Source: Acidobacteriota bacterium
GTDB lineage: Bacteria; Acidobacteriota; UBA6911; RPQK01; JAJDTT01
Assembly (NCBI GenBank): GCA_965217775.1
Contig: CBDCJH010000002.1
Coordinates: 4,928,001 to 4,992,000, forward strand
Length of the DNA: 64,000 nucleotides
Direction of reading: 5' to 3'
Positions within the stretch are counted from its first letter, which is position 1; each line of letters starts with the position of its first letter. The translations under genes were made by a program, and so were the position numbers. Positions 38,467-50,775 of this stretch are shown here, piece by piece. Under the pieces are notes generated by a model. It searched no databases. It saw nothing but the letters and a program-made list of their open reading frames with translations, and was not told where the DNA came from.

Positions 38467-39806
38467 GCCAGTGCCTTCCTCAGAAAACGCCCCTGGGGCA
38501 GCCGGTCGAAAACCAGCGAACTGAGTCGATCTCGCAGGCCGGCCAGCCGCACGCGGCGGATCAAATCTTCGGCAAAGCCGTAGATCAGGATGCTGCGCGC
38601 CATCTCTTCATCGATGCCTCGCGACCGCATGTAGAAGAGGGCTTCCCGGTCGAGCTGTCCGATGGTGGCGCCATGAGTGCATTTGACTTCGTCGGCGTAG
38701 ATCTCCAGTTGGGGCTTCGTATTCACCAGGGCTCGATCGGACAGGAGCAGGTTGTTGTTGGTCTGTTCCGAGTCGGTCTTCTGGGCTCCGGGATGGACCA
38801 CGATCCGGCCCCGAAACACACCTCGGGAACGTCCGCCCAGAATTCCCTTGTACAGCTCTCGGCTACCGCAATGAGGAGCCGCGTGCTCGATCCGGGTGTG
38901 GTTGTCGACCAACTGCTCGCCGGAAGCGATGAAAATGCCGTCCAGCACCGCGTCCGCGCCCTCGCCTCCCAGAACCACGTTCAGATCGTTGCGCGTCAGC
39001 GTTCCCCCCAGGTCTGCCGACATGGTGCGCAACACACTGTTGGATTCCTGCCGGATCTCCAGGGTCGAGACATGGTGCGCGGCACGGCTCTCCTCCTGCA
39101 GCCGATAGTGATCCAGGTTGGCGTTCTCCCCCACCGCCACCTCGGTGACCGGATTGCTGAAATAGGACTTCTCTCCGGCTCCCGCATAGTGTTCGACCAC
39201 GGAGCACTCGCTGCCGTCGCCGACCAGGATCAGATTCCGGGGATGGGTCACGAATGCCGGCCCGCCGTTACCGGTGGAGAGAAAAACGAGATGGATGGGC
39301 TCCGGGATCCGGACTCCTGCGGAGACCCGGACCACCGCTCCATCTTCAATAAACGCAGTGTTGAGGTTAGCGAATGGATGGCGCTCGGCCTCGACATAGC
39401 GGGCCAGGTGAGCCTCGACCGCTTCGGGGCTCTCCCGAAGAATGGCCGCCAATGAGCCGACCCGGACCCGACTCCCCATCTCGTCCAAATGGGACAACTC
39501 GGCACAGTATCGTCCATTCAGGAAGACGCAACGGACGCCGCTGCTGCCGCCGGCCGTCGTGGAATTCATTCGGCAATGTCCGTCCGGAGAGGGCGCGGGA
39601 GCGGTCTCATATGAGGTGGCTGCCAGGGCGGCGACGTTCGTATAACGCCAATCCTCATCGGCGATGGTGGGGAACCCCGTCTCGGCGAAGCGAAACATGG
39701 CTTCCCGGCGAAGTTGGGACAACCAGCCGGGAGTGTCCGCCGCCGTTTCGTCCAGGCGGTTGAACCGTTCCAGATAGGAGTCCAGGGATTTTCGTGCGAC
39801 CTTCAT
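38463..39806 (-). CDS. sufD: Fe-S cluster assembly protein SufD
   Basis: EDWRYT, HPRNLI, AQKTD, KPQLEIYAD.VKC.HGAT.GQLD, FYMRSRGI. Confidence 0.95.
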   Translation of the reverse strand: MKVARKSLDSYLERFNRLDETAADTPGWLSQLRREAMFRFAETGFPTIADEDWRYTNVAALAATSYETAPAPSPDGHCRMNSTTAGGSSGVRCVFLNGRYCAELSHLDEMGSRVRVGSLAAILRESPEAVEAHLARYVEAERHPFANLNTAFIEDGAVVRVSAGVRIPEPIHLVFLSTGNGGPAFVTHPRNLILVGDGSECSVVEHYAGAGEKSYFSNPVTEVAVGENANLDHYRLQEESRAAHHVSTLEIRQESNSVLRTMSADLGGTLTRNDLNVVLGGEGADAVLDGIFIASGEQLVDNHTRIEHAAPHCGSRELYKGILGGRSRGVFRGRIVVHPGAQKTDSEQTNNNLLLSDRALVNTKPQLEIYADEVKCTHGATIGQLDREALFYMRSRGIDEEMARSILIYGFAEDLIRRVRLAGLRDRLSSLVFDRLPQGRFLRKALA

Positions 39807-39830
39807 TTCGATCCGTACCTCGATCCCGAA

Positions 39831-40598
<768 letters not shown>

Positions 40599-40655
40599 TG
40601 GATTCCCTTCCTGAGTTCAGGAGCCTCGCGGCTTGATGGAGTGGCAACCTGGCGG

Positions 40656-42113
40656 CTACCCGACACTTCCTTCGAGGCTGATCGACAGCAGTTTCTGGGC
40701 CTCGACGGCAAATTCCATCGGCAGTTCCTTGATGACCTTCTTGCAAAAGCCATTGACGATCATGGAGACGGCATCCTCCGCCGAGAGCCCCCGCTGCTGG
40801 CAATAGAAGATCTGATCCTCTCCGATCTTGGAGGTCGAAGCCTCATGCTCCATGTGGGCGCTGCTGTTGTTCACCTCGATATAGGGAAAGGTATGGGCTC
40901 CACACTGGTCCCCCATCAACATGGAATCGCACTGGGTATAGTTGCGGGCCCGTTCGGCACGGGAGCCGATCCGGACCAGGCCACGGTAGGTGTTCTGTCC
41001 ACGGCCGGCCGAAATTCCTTTGGAAACGATGTTGCTCCGGGTGTTCTTGCCGATGTGGATCATCTTGGTGCCCGTATCCGCCTGCTGGCGGTTGTTGGTC
41101 AGCGCCACCGAGTAGAACTCTCCCACGGAATTGTCGCCCAGCAGGATGCAACTGGGATACTTCCAGGTAATTGCCGAGCCCGTCTCCACCTGCGTCCACG
41201 AGATCTTGGAGTTGACCCCCTGGCACTTGCCCCGTTTGGTGACGAAATTGTAGATGCCGCCTTTGCCGTCCTTGTCTCCCGGATACCAATTCTGAATGGT
41301 GGAGTACTTGATCTCGGCATTGTCCAGCGCCACCAACTCCACCACCGCCGCGTGGAGTTGATTCTCGTCTCTCATGGGCGCGGTGCAGCCCTCCAGGTAG
41401 CTGACGTAGGACCCCTCGTCGGCGATGATCAGGGTGCGCTCGAACTGCCCGGTCTTGGCGGCGTTGATTCGGAAATAGGTCGAGAGCTCCATGGGGCAGC
41501 GGACGCCTTTGGGGACGTAGACGAAGGAACCGTCGGTGAAGACGGCTGAATTCAGGGACGCAAAGAAATTATCGGTATGGGGCACGACCGACCCCAGATA
41601 GCGCCGAACCAGCTCCGGGTGCTCCTGAATGGCGTCGCTGAACGAGCAGAAGATGATTCCCAGTTCCGACAGTTTATGCTTGAAGGTCGTGGCCACCGAG
41701 ACACTGTCGAAGACGGCATCCACGGCCACCTCCGTGACTCCGGCCAACATCTCCTGCTCGCGCAAGGGGATTCCCAGCTTCTCGTAGGTGGCGCGGATCT
41801 CGGGGTCGATGTCGTCCAGGCTCGTGGGGCCGTCGCCGTTCGACTTGGGAGCCGAATAGTAGACGATGTCCTGGTAGTCGATGGGCGGATAGTGGACATT
41901 GGGCCAATCTGGCTCCGTCATCTTCTGCCAGCGGCCATAGGCCCTGAGCCGCCACTGGAGCATCCATTCGGGCTCTCCCTTCTTGGATGCGATCAGCCCG
42001 ATGGTGTTTTCGTCCAGACCGGGAGGAACTTCGTCGGCCTCCACATCGGTGTAGAAGCCGTATTTGTATTCCTCCGTCGCCAGATCCTGCAACTGCTCCA
42101 TTTCAGTAGGCAT
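40656..42113 (-). CDS. sufB: Fe-S cluster assembly protein SufB
   Basis: [45 protein letters not shown]. Confidence 0.98.
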   Translation of the reverse strand: MPTEMEQLQDLATEEYKYGFYTDVEADEVPPGLDENTIGLIASKKGEPEWMLQWRLRAYGRWQKMTEPDWPNVHYPPIDYQDIVYYSAPKSNGDGPTSLDDIDPEIRATYEKLGIPLREQEMLAGVTEVAVDAVFDSVSVATTFKHKLSELGIIFCSFSDAIQEHPELVRRYLGSVVPHTDNFFASLNSAVFTDGSFVYVPKGVRCPMELSTYFRINAAKTGQFERTLIIADEGSYVSYLEGCTAPMRDENQLHAAVVELVALDNAEIKYSTIQNWYPGDKDGKGGIYNFVTKRGKCQGVNSKISWTQVETGSAITWKYPSCILLGDNSVGEFYSVALTNNRQQADTGTKMIHIGKNTRSNIVSKGISAGRGQNTYRGLVRIGSRAERARNYTQCDSMLMGDQCGAHTFPYIEVNNSSAHMEHEASTSKIGEDQIFYCQQRGLSAEDAVSMIVNGFCKKVIKELPMEFAVEAQKLLSISLEGSVG

Positions 42114-42154
42114 GGGATTCCTCTCTCACCGACGATGGTCGTTCCGGCAATCCT

Positions 42155-42634
42155 TCAGGGCTTCCAGCCTGTGACCTGCGGCCGTTCCGGCTCAATCCCG
42201 CGGCCCGCTTCCAGCGGGACCAGCGAGTCTGAGAGGGGAGAAGTCATGTCCAGCAGACTGATCCGCTCCAGCGCGTCGAGAACCGCCTGGTTGATCACCT
42301 GCCAGTTGCTTCGGATACAGCAGACGGGTTCCTGCTTGCACTCTCCGGGCGTCCCGATGCACTCGGTCATGGCAATGGGCCCCTCGATGACGTTGATGAT
42401 GTCCGCCACCGAGATTCGCCCCGGCTTGAGTGCCAGACTATAGCCTCCCTTGGCGCCGCGGCGGGACGACAGGATTCCTTCCCGAGTCAACCCCTTGAGG
42501 ATCTTGCTGACCATGGGCAGCGGGATCCGGGTTTGGTCGGAAAGTGTTCGAGCACTGTAGGTCAGTCCCTCGCCACCGGCAAAATGCGTCAACAGAACGA
42601 TTCCGTAGTCGGCCTCCTTACTCATTCGCATCAC
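42155..42634 (-). CDS. Rrf2-family SUF regulator
   Basis: ADYG, SKILK.L, S.RG.KGGY.L, EGPIAMTEC...C...C Cys triad; heads the suf operon. Confidence 0.92.
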   Translation of the reverse strand: MMRMSKEADYGIVLLTHFAGGEGLTYSARTLSDQTRIPLPMVSKILKGLTREGILSSRRGAKGGYSLALKPGRISVADIINVIEGPIAMTECIGTPGECKQEPVCCIRSNWQVINQAVLDALERISLLDMTSPLSDSLVPLEAGRGIEPERPQVTGWKP

Positions 42635-42657
42635 GATCGCATCATCCTCACAGCCGC

Positions 42658-42689
42658 ATATAGTACTAATCTAGTCCTGTTTCTGTCAA
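42658..42689 (-). promoter_or_regulatory. suf promoter with overlapping palindromic operator
   Basis: Minus strand TTGACA-18 nt-TACTAT. Imperfect palindrome TAGTACT-AATCT-AGTCCTG spans the spacer and -10. Confidence 0.7.
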
Positions 42690-42832
42690 CGCGCGCGGCA
42701 GCCTATTTTCGCACGGTTCTCAAACCCCGTGGAGGGTTCTCCGGGCATCACCGCTGGAGGGGGACGCCGCGCACTGAGGCCACGGGGGCCGGGGCCGTTG
42801 CGGCATCAGATTTTTGCCGGAGCGAAGGGAGC

Positions 42833-43825
42833 CTACTGCCCGGGACCCGGCGGCGTCCCGGCCGCGTAGTATCCGGGCCTCGTTCGAACCACCGCCCCTG
42901 GAACCGCCGCCCGAATCGCCACCTCGCGCCAGGAGCCGTCACGGGCTCGATTCGTCGGACGATAGGAGATATAGTATTGATTCTTAAGCTCTTCCGCCAC
43001 ATGCACATAGACGTCGGAGAGACTTCGAAAGGCCTCACTGTCGAGCACCCGGCCACCGGTTCGATCAGCCAGCGTGCGGAGGAATCTCTTCACGCCCAGG
43101 ATGTACTCGTCCGTCATCTGCCTGGGGACGAGCCGGCCTCGGCTCTGGAGTTGGATTCGCATGTTCATGGCGCTTACCCAGTAAGCTTCCACCGTCGAGG
43201 CGATGTAGGTGATGGCCTCGGAGCGGGTCACCAGATCCAGAACCTCCTCGGCGGTGACCATGCTGTGGGTGTCGATGCCGTCGGAGAGAAGAATGATGGC
43301 CTTTCTTCCCGACACGTTTGCCAGGAGGTCGTCGCAGGTCACGTAAAGGGCATCGTTCAGAACGGTCTTTCCTTTGGCATAGATCTTCAGCATCGCATTC
43401 TCGATGCGCTGACGGTCGTTGGTCCAATCGAGAATGAGCTTGGGAACGCTGCTGAAGGTGATGACGGCGATCTGGTCCTCCTCCCCGAGACTGTCCACAA
43501 AGCGGAGAGCCGCCCGCCGGATCTCACCCTGGCTGCCCCGCGTGCTTCCACTCACATCCACCAACAGCACGACGCGCACGGGCAAGGCCTCGCTGTAGAA
43601 GTTCAGGATCTCCTGTCGGACGCCGTCCTCGTAGACGGTAAACTGGTCCCGGGTCAGGTCCCGAAGGAATCCTCCCTGGATTGAGCGCGCGTTCACGGAA
43701 AGGAAGACCTGGTCGACGGCGACACCGATTCGAAAGCCGGTGTCGGTTTCTTCTGCTTCGGCAGGAACGTCATCCTGGATACTGGGCCAGAAGAGACCCC
43801 AGATCAACAACGCCAGATGAACCAC
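42833..43825 (-). CDS. VWA domain protein (acidobacterial VWFA-related type)
   Basis: MIDAS DVSGS, T.LNDAL, RKAIILLSDG.D, LA..TGG, ELKNQY.I.Y.P, R.R.GYYA; N-terminal signal; GTG start 43825. Confidence 0.88.
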   Translation of the reverse strand: MVHLALLIWGLFWPSIQDDVPAEAEETDTGFRIGVAVDQVFLSVNARSIQGGFLRDLTRDQFTVYEDGVRQEILNFYSEALPVRVVLLVDVSGSTRGSQGEIRRAALRFVDSLGEEDQIAVITFSSVPKLILDWTNDRQRIENAMLKIYAKGKTVLNDALYVTCDDLLANVSGRKAIILLSDGIDTHSMVTAEEVLDLVTRSEAITYIASTVEAYWVSAMNMRIQLQSRGRLVPRQMTDEYILGVKRFLRTLADRTGGRVLDSEAFRSLSDVYVHVAEELKNQYYISYRPTNRARDGSWREVAIRAAVPGAVVRTRPGYYAAGTPPGPGQ

Positions 43826-43862
43826 TTGGCCATTATAGCGGAGGACTCGGTCTTGGATGCGG

Positions 43863-44318
43863 TCAGGGAAGCGGCGACTTCGTCTTTTCCAGGAGACGAA
43901 TCTGTGAGATCGCCATTCCCGAGTCCACTGCCTTGCACATGTCGTAGAGGGTGAGGGCGGTGACGGCAACCGCCGTCAATGCCTCCATCTCCACACCGGT
44001 CGCCCAGCGGCAGCTGACCCGGCTCCGGATCAAGAACCCGGACTCGTCCACGTCCACGTCCACGTCCACGAAATCCAGGTTGATATTGTGGCAGAGCGGA
44101 ATCAGCGCGCTGGTCCGCTTGGCCGCCTCGATCCCGGCCAGACGGGCGACTTCGAATGGGTTTCCCTTGGGAAGACCGGCGTCCAATATCACTTGGCGCG
44201 TCTTCTCCGAAATCAGGACCCGTCCCTCGGCCGCCGCCGTCCTGCGAACCAGGTCTTTGCCGCCGATGTCCACCATGCGCGCTCTTCCCGTCGAATCGAC
44301 ATGGGTCAGCCGCGTCAT
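43863..44318 (-). CDS. moaC: Cyclic pyranopterin monophosphate synthase
   Basis: LTHVD..G.ARMVD, AGI.AAKRTS.LIPLCH, TGVEMEAL, YDMCKAVD. Confidence 0.96.
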   Translation of the reverse strand: MTRLTHVDSTGRARMVDIGGKDLVRRTAAAEGRVLISEKTRQVILDAGLPKGNPFEVARLAGIEAAKRTSALIPLCHNINLDFVDVDVDVDESGFLIRSRVSCRWATGVEMEALTAVAVTALTLYDMCKAVDSGMAISQIRLLEKTKSPLP

Positions 44319-44329
44319 CCCACCTCCTC

Positions 44330-45568
44330 TCATGCCAGTCGGCCTCGACCCGGATCGGCGTCGAGGAGCAGAACCGAGACCCGCGCTCCGGCGGCGATCC
44401 CGGAGACGTGGGAAGGTATGATCAACAGGGAATCCGCTCTGGCGAATCCCGTCAGATCGGCAGACCCGCCCGTCTCGACGGGGGAAACCCGAAGTGTTCC
44501 GCTCCAGTCCGTGCGGGCCGGTTTGAAGAAGGTGCGGCCCGGCTTGTGGGAAACCGCCTTCGTCAACGTCGCCTCGATACGGCGTAGCGAAACGGATTCG
44601 AATCCCATCCATTGGCGAACCAACGGCCTCACAAAGAGCTGAAAAGTGACAAACGCCGAAACCGGATTCCCGGGAAGACCGAAGGCCAGCGTCGACCCCT
44701 TTCGGCCCACGCAGATCGGTTTCCCCGGTTTGACCGCGGCTTTGTGGAAAATCAGTCTGGCTCCTTCTCGTTCCAAGACCCGGTGGACGAAATCATACTC
44801 GCCCATGGAAACGCCGCCGGAGAGCAGGAGGAGGTCGAATTTCAGTCCGGATCGAATGACCTCCGCGATGCGTTCCGGAACGTCCCCCACCGAGACCTCC
44901 GAGACGACCTTCATCCCGAGCCGGCGACAGAGCGCCGAGATCATGGGGCCGTTGGAATTTCGAATCTGCCCGAACCGGGGCCGGGCTTCGACCGGGACCA
45001 ACTCATCTCCCGTGGAAACCACGGCGGCCGAAAGTGGGCGAAAGACCTCCGGCCGAGCCTGGCCGAAGGAGGCGAGGACGCCAATCTCGGCGGGACCGAT
45101 CAATCGTCCCGCTTCCAGGACTACGCTTCCTCTGGTGACTTCTCTGCCCTGTCTCGAGACGTTGGCTCCCGGCGCCACCGTTTTCAGGATCTCCACGGTG
45201 GATCCATCGACCATTCTCGATTCCTCCACCATCTGCACCGCATCGGTGTCGGGGGGGACAGGCGCCCCGGTCATGATCCGTACCGTTTCGCCCGGAGCTA
45301 CGGACGGCAATGAATCTGCTCCGGCCGCCACCTCTCCAACCACGGCCAAGCGCGCCGGGACTGTCCTGACGTCGCCGCTGCGGACGGCAAAACCATCCAT
45401 GAACGATTTGTTGAATGGAGGAACGTCCGCGTCAGCATGGACGGGAGACGCCAGAACCCGATCCAGACACCGCTCCAGCGGAAGCGCAACCGTCACGGGG
45501 GACGGACATTGGGAAAGAATCCGCTCCAAGGCACCTTCATAGGGAAGCAACTCGACCATTTCGCTCAT
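44330..45568 (-). CDS. moeA: Molybdopterin molybdotransferase
   Basis: PPF.KS.MDGFA, IMTGAP, STGDEL, SGGVS.G.YD, KPGKP, GLPGNPVS. Confidence 0.96.
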   Translation of the reverse strand: MSEMVELLPYEGALERILSQCPSPVTVALPLERCLDRVLASPVHADADVPPFNKSFMDGFAVRSGDVRTVPARLAVVGEVAAGADSLPSVAPGETVRIMTGAPVPPDTDAVQMVEESRMVDGSTVEILKTVAPGANVSRQGREVTRGSVVLEAGRLIGPAEIGVLASFGQARPEVFRPLSAAVVSTGDELVPVEARPRFGQIRNSNGPMISALCRRLGMKVVSEVSVGDVPERIAEVIRSGLKFDLLLLSGGVSMGEYDFVHRVLEREGARLIFHKAAVKPGKPICVGRKGSTLAFGLPGNPVSAFVTFQLFVRPLVRQWMGFESVSLRRIEATLTKAVSHKPGRTFFKPARTDWSGTLRVSPVETGGSADLTGFARADSLLIIPSHVSGIAAGARVSVLLLDADPGRGRLA

Positions 45569-45726
45569 TCCCCCTGTTCGGTTTCGGTACCTGCAAGGCT
45601 GGGAGGATGGGATTGAAGAATCTCATTCCAAGCCCTTGCCGTCACCGGATTCCATCCCGCCGAATTACCTGCAAATATCTGATATGGAATAGGTTGTCGA
45701 TAAAGATGCCGGATCCTCGAAGCTAA

Positions 45727-45884
45727 CAGTCCGTGGTGAAAGTCCCGCGAGCACCGAGACCGTTCCTGCGCCCGCCGGAGAAGGCGCGATTCGGGTGCAT
45801 ACCGGGAGTATGTGCCCGAATCGCAACGCCGTCCGCCGGGATGCAGGGACGGTCGAATGCCGTGATGACTTTTGCCACGGGCTG
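45727..45884. mobile_element. MITE-like element, family 1 (copy C) with perfect CTAA duplication
   Basis: CTAA-CAGTCCGTGGTGAAAGTC...GACTTTTGCCACGGGCTG-CTAA; 158 bp. Confidence 0.9.
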
Positions 45885-47486
45885 CTAAAGCACCACCTGC
45901 TCCCGATATTCTCCGAACACCTCACCCATGGCAGCAGACATTTCTCCAACCGTCGCGCCCGCCTCGACCCCCTCTATGATAGCGGCCATCAGGTTCTCCC
46001 GTCCCCGGGCCATTTGGGTCAATCTCTCTACGGATCGCTCCCAGCGGTCCCGGTCCCGACGGGCCCGATGCCGCGACAATTCCACGATTTGCCGCTCTCT
46101 CGTCTCGGGATCCACCCTCAGCAACTCAATGTCCACCGGCTCTGCATCTTGAAACCGATTGACCCCCACGACCACCCTTTCTCCCGACTCCAAGGTTCTC
46201 TGGAGACGATGGGCCGAATCCTGGATCTCTCGTTGGATGAACCCGCTCTCGATGGCCGGAACCATCCCTCCCATGGACCGGATACGTTTCAGATAACTCT
46301 CGGATTCCTCCTCCAGGCGGGTCGTGAGCTGCTCCAGGTACCAACTCCCGCCGAGCGGATCCGCCACCTCCGTCAGACCCGATTCGTGGGCCAGGATCTG
46401 TTGGGTCCGGAGCGCCAACTGCGCAGCGGCCTCCGTCGGCAGCGACATCGCCTCGTCCTTCCCGTTGGTGTGCAGCGACTGGGTGCCGCCCAGGACCGCA
46501 GCCAACGCCTGTACCGTGGTTCGGACCACGTTGTTGTCAGGCTGCTGCGCCGTCAACGTACTTCCACCGGTCTGGGTGTGAAAACGCATCATGCAGGACT
46601 TCGGATTCGCGGCGCCCCAGCGTTCCTTGACACAACGGGCCCAGAGCCGGCGCGCCGCCCGGAATTTGGCCACCTCCTCGAAAAGGTCGTTGTGGGCGGC
46701 GAAGAAAAAGGAGAGCCGGGGGGCGAAGTCATCGATCCGGAGGCCCGCCTTCAAGACCGATTCGACATAGGTTTCAGCATTGGCCAGAGTGAAACCGATT
46801 TCCTGAGCCGCCGTAGAGCCGGCCTCCCGGATATGGTAGCCGCTGATGGAAATGGGATTCCATCCGGGAACCGTCCCCTGGCAGAACGTCACCAGGTCGG
46901 TGACCAGCCGGAGGGACGCCTCCACCGGGTAGAGATAGGTGCCGCGCGCAATGTACTCCTTGAGAATGTCGTTCTGGACCGTGCCCCGTACCGCCCCCCA
47001 GGACGTCCCTTGACTGCGTGCCTGAACCAGATAGAGCGCCAGCAGAATCGGCGCCGTTGCATTGATGGTCATGGAGGTGGAGACCCGGCTCAGATCGATA
47101 TCGCGAAACAAGGTCTCCATGTTCCACCGGCCATCGATGGCAACGCCGGCGCGGCCGACCTCTCCCTCCGCCAGGGGATGGTCCGAATCCAAGCCCAGCT
47201 GAGTCGGCAGATCGAACGCCACCGACAGACCGCGGTTGCCCTGAGAGAGGAGATAGCGATATCGCCGATTCGATTCTCGAGCCGTTGCGTACCCCGAATA
47301 CTGGCGGATCGTCCAGAGCCGGTCACGATACATGCCAGGGTAAGCGCCGCGAGTGAAAGGATAGCCGCCCGGTTCCCCCAGATCCGTATTCTCGCCGAAA
47401 TCCGGCACGTCTTCGGGCCCGAAGCATGTCTTCTCGGGCTCGCCGGCCCCGGCCCCGGAACTCAAGCTGGTGGCATCGTTTGTCAC
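45885..47486 (-). CDS. Methylmalonyl-CoA mutase family, substrate-binding (large) subunit
   Basis: [56 protein letters not shown]; no DxHxxG B12 domain. Confidence 0.92.
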   Translation of the reverse strand: MTNDATSLSSGAGAGEPEKTCFGPEDVPDFGENTDLGEPGGYPFTRGAYPGMYRDRLWTIRQYSGYATARESNRRYRYLLSQGNRGLSVAFDLPTQLGLDSDHPLAEGEVGRAGVAIDGRWNMETLFRDIDLSRVSTSMTINATAPILLALYLVQARSQGTSWGAVRGTVQNDILKEYIARGTYLYPVEASLRLVTDLVTFCQGTVPGWNPISISGYHIREAGSTAAQEIGFTLANAETYVESVLKAGLRIDDFAPRLSFFFAAHNDLFEEVAKFRAARRLWARCVKERWGAANPKSCMMRFHTQTGGSTLTAQQPDNNVVRTTVQALAAVLGGTQSLHTNGKDEAMSLPTEAAAQLALRTQQILAHESGLTEVADPLGGSWYLEQLTTRLEEESESYLKRIRSMGGMVPAIESGFIQREIQDSAHRLQRTLESGERVVVGVNRFQDAEPVDIELLRVDPETRERQIVELSRHRARRDRDRWERSVERLTQMARGRENLMAAIIEGVEAGATVGEMSAAMGEVFGEYREQVVL

Positions 47487-47600
47487 TTTACAAGCATCTC
47501 GCGTTTGATATCATGGGCTCAATTCAAGGCTAGAGTTCCGCAAGGCTGCAGCCTTGCTTGATTGCGGATGGATGTTAGCAACGGGAAGGGTGGAACTCAA

Positions 47601-47864
47601 ATGCAAGACGGGCAGCTGAAGGACTACAAGAAGCAACTCGAGTCGGCCATCAACGACGCCCTCGTCAGCTCCCCCCAGATCAACGCCGCCATACAGGGTA
47701 TTCGAGAACACGGATACGACGTCTTCCTCATCATCGAAGCCACCATCGGTTTCAATGCGAGGGGGAGCGGATCGGCGCCGGCCAAGAAACTGTCAGCGGT
47801 GCGGCTGCAGTTGACGGGTCAGGACGAGAAGTTTCTACGTTCGCTGAAGATCAGCCCCGAGTAG
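47601..47864 (+). CDS. Small conserved hypothetical protein (Acidobacteria-type)
   Basis: AINDAL..S..I...[19 protein letters not shown] ... D.KFLRSLKI, recognised from acidobacterial proteins from memory, not searched. Confidence 0.75.
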   Translation: MQDGQLKDYKKQLESAINDALVSSPQINAAIQGIREHGYDVFLIIEATIGFNARGSGSAPAKKLSAVRLQLTGQDEKFLRSLKISPE

Positions 47865-47931
47865 TACGCCCTTCGTGGCCGGGGCCTTTTCGGACGCCTC
47901 CTGCTGCGAAGACTCGGATATAATCCCCACC

Positions 47932-49836
47932 ATGCCCGATCTCTCGGTCGACGTCATTGTCATTGGGGGCGGCCACGCCGGCTGCGAGGCGGCGTTTGCC
48001 GCGGCCCGAATGGGGGCCAATACCGCCCTGGTCACCATAAACCGCGAAATGATTGCCCAGATGTCGTGCAACCCCTCCGTCGGGGGCATCGGCAAAGGTC
48101 ACCTGGTACGGGAGATCGATGCCTTGGGGGGCTTCATCGGCCAAGTGGCGGATTCGAACGGAATCCATTTCCGTCTGCTCAATCGGAGTCGCGGCCCTGC
48201 TGTTCAAGCCCCGCGCGCCCAGTGCGACAAGAAACTCTACCGGCAGGAGATGCAACATCGGCTCCATTGCCAGAAAAACCTCACGGTGGTCCAGGCAGAG
48301 GCCACGGCCCTGTTGCGGAATGGGAACCGAATCTCCGGCATCGAAACCGCTGCCGGAGACCGGGTCGCGGCACCCTGCGTCGTATTGACCACCGGCACCT
48401 TCCTGAACGGGCTCTGCCATCTGGGACAGAAGAAGTTTCGTGCCGGCCGTTCAGGAGAAAAGGCTTCCGTCCAGCTCGCGCGCTCCTTGAAGTCCATCGG
48501 CTTTCGCCTCGGCCGCCTGAAGACGGGAACACCACCGAGGCTTGAAAAGAAAAGCATCGACTTCTCGCGTTTCGAAGTCCAGCCCAGCGAGCCGGATCCC
48601 ACCTTGTTCTCGTTCCAAAGCCACGAGCCGAAACTGCGCCAAGTCGACTGTTGGCTCACACTCACCAACAATCGTGTCCACGATGTGATCCGCAACAACC
48701 TGCATCGCAGCCCCCTCTACAGCGGAGACATCGTGGGCCTCGGACCTCGTTATTGCCCCTCCATCGAGGACAAGGTGGTGAAATTTCCGCACCACGACCG
48801 CCACCAGCTCTTCCTGGAGCCGGAAGGACTCGATTCCGAGCTCATTTACGTAAGCGGCCTCTCCACCAGCCTCCCAGTGGATGTACAGGAAGAGATTCTG
48901 GCCCAGATCGACGGCTTGGAAGAGGCGACCATGATCCGGCCTGGTTATGCCGTCGAGTACGACTACGTCCAACCGTCGGAGTTGCGTCCTTCGCTGGAGA
49001 CCAAGAAGGTCGGGGGATTGTTTCATGCCGGCCAGATCAACGGGACCACGGGCTATGAGGAAGCCGCCGGCCAGGGGATCCTGGCCGGAATCAATGCCGC
49101 CCTCAAGGCCGCCGGGGACGAGCCTTTCGTACCCAGCCGCAGCGAGAGCTACCTGGGAATCCTGGTGGACGACCTAGTCACCAAGGATGTCGACGAACCG
49201 TATCGAATGTTCACGTCTAGAGCCGAATGCCGGCTGTTGCTCAGGATCGACAATGCCGACCGTCGACTCATGCCCCACGGCCACAGGCTGGGACTGGTCT
49301 CATCGAAGCTCTTCGACAGATTCCAGCACAAATGGAAGCGGATCGACGATGCCATCGAATTTTTGCGGAAAACTCGTCTGAAGAAAGCGTCCCCGCTGCT
49401 CGAGGACCTGCGGTTGCAGACCGGCGCTCCCCGCGGGGCCTGCCTGGACCGCCTGCTCAAGCGGCCCGAGGTCGACATTGGCGACATGACCCCCATTTTG
49501 AGGGCCCACGGGCATTTTCTGAACCGGGAGGAGGGGCTGGTCGTTCAGACGCAAATCCGGTACGAAGGCTATATCCGCCTGCAGATGGACGATGTCCGGC
49601 GGCTGAAGAGCATGGAGGGCAGAACCATCCCTACCGGACTCGACTTCGGCCGCGTCAACGGGCTTTCCCTGGAAATGAAGGAGCGTTTGGAGCGGGTTCG
49701 CCCCACCAGCCTGGGTCAGGCGTCTCGAATTCCCGGAATCACTCCTGCCGCACTGTCGATGCTGAGCATTCACCTCGAAGTGAGAAGAAGGTCTCTGGTA
49801 CGGGAGCCTGTCGCACGAACGATATCCCAAGCATGA
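47932..49836 (+). CDS. mnmG: tRNA U34 5-carboxymethylaminomethyl modification enzyme
   Basis: [53 protein letters not shown]. Confidence 0.98.
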   Translation: MPDLSVDVIVIGGGHAGCEAAFAAARMGANTALVTINREMIAQMSCNPSVGGIGKGHLVREIDALGGFIGQVADSNGIHFRLLNRSRGPAVQAPRAQCDKKLYRQEMQHRLHCQKNLTVVQAEATALLRNGNRISGIETAAGDRVAAPCVVLTTGTFLNGLCHLGQKKFRAGRSGEKASVQLARSLKSIGFRLGRLKTGTPPRLEKKSIDFSRFEVQPSEPDPTLFSFQSHEPKLRQVDCWLTLTNNRVHDVIRNNLHRSPLYSGDIVGLGPRYCPSIEDKVVKFPHHDRHQLFLEPEGLDSELIYVSGLSTSLPVDVQEEILAQIDGLEEATMIRPGYAVEYDYVQPSELRPSLETKKVGGLFHAGQINGTTGYEEAAGQGILAGINAALKAAGDEPFVPSRSESYLGILVDDLVTKDVDEPYRMFTSRAECRLLLRIDNADRRLMPHGHRLGLVSSKLFDRFQHKWKRIDDAIEFLRKTRLKKASPLLEDLRLQTGAPRGACLDRLLKRPEVDIGDMTPILRAHGHFLNREEGLVVQTQIRYEGYIRLQMDDVRRLKSMEGRTIPTGLDFGRVNGLSLEMKERLERVRPTSLGQASRIPGITPAALSMLSIHLEVRRRSLVREPVARTISQA

Positions 49837-50426
49837 GCCGCTTCTCCAAATGCGTCTCTTCGCTTGAAACCCGCTTCGGCCTGACCCTCGACCCAGCGCA
49901 ACGGAACGGCGTCCGGACCTATCTACTGCTGCTGGCCAAATGGAACTCGCGCGTGAACCTGACGCGCCTGGTTCGAATGGAAGACAAGTTGCGGTTTCAT
50001 TTCTTCGAGTCGTTCTGGCTGGCACAGCGGTTTCTGGAGCCGAGCCATGCCGTGGTGGACATCGGCAGCGGAGCGGGTTTCCCAGGGCTGGCGATGCAAC
50101 TCTACTACCCCAGCCTCTCCTTGACCCTCACCGAAAAGAGCTTCAAGAAGACCGTCTTTCTGAAGGAAGTGGCCCGAACTCTTTCCCTGCGGCCCCGGAT
50201 CGTTCATGGAGAGGCCGAGACCCACGCCGACTGGGAGGGCGTCCAACTGGCCACGGTCCGAGGCCTCAAGCCGTCACCCAGGCTGGCCGAAACCTTGGAC
50301 CACCGCGGCATCCCGCTGCTGGCGCTTCACGGTGAGAACCTCAGTGAAACCCTGAAGGGGCGACGATACGTTCGCCGGGAACGGGTTCCAGGCTCGCGGC
50401 GCCGTTTTGCGACGCTATTCGGCTAA
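49833..50426 (+). CDS. rsmG: 16S rRNA m7G527 methyltransferase
   Basis: [23 protein letters not shown]; ATGA overlap with mnmG. Confidence 0.9.
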   Translation: MSRFSKCVSSLETRFGLTLDPAQRNGVRTYLLLLAKWNSRVNLTRLVRMEDKLRFHFFESFWLAQRFLEPSHAVVDIGSGAGFPGLAMQLYYPSLSLTLTEKSFKKTVFLKEVARTLSLRPRIVHGEAETHADWEGVQLATVRGLKPSPRLAETLDHRGIPLLALHGENLSETLKGRRYVRRERVPGSRRRFATLFG

Positions 50427-50585
50427 CAGTCCGTGGTGAAAGTCCCGCGAGCACCGAGACCGTTCCTGCGCCCGCCGGACAAGGCGCGCTGAGGGAGCAT
50501 ACTCGACCGTATGTGACCGAGGCGCAACGCAGTTCGCCGGGATGCAGGGACGGTCAAATGCCGTGGCGACTTTTACCACGGGCTG
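50427..50585. mobile_element. MITE-like element, family 1 (copy D, 159 bp)
   Basis: Same TIRs as other copies; flanks CTAA / GTAA; the left CTAA contains the rsmG stop codon. Confidence 0.88.
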
Positions 50586-50611
50586 GTAAGACCCGCCGGA
50601 ACAGGCTCGCA

Positions 50612-50627
50612 TGTTTCACGTGAAACA
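50612..50627. promoter_or_regulatory. parS centromere-like site
   Basis: Perfect palindrome TGTTTCACGTGAAACA, matching the canonical parS consensus, about 150 bp upstream of parA. Confidence 0.95.
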
Positions 50628-50775
50628 AATCCAACCTGGTTCAGCGAGCAAGTCAGGCCACTGCGCCGATTATTGGTCGGCGCGCCGTGTATCCGTCGAA
50701 ACGGGATGTCCGAGTGGCGCGCTTTCCGGATCTTTCACCGCCTGCTGTTAATATGCCGGCACCCGGAACCGCAAA

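Noticed and set aside
49227-49832. Extended rsmG ORF or mnmG-rsmG frameshift fusion
   Set aside because: Alternative frame inside mnmG; rsmG starts at the ATGA overlap at 49833.
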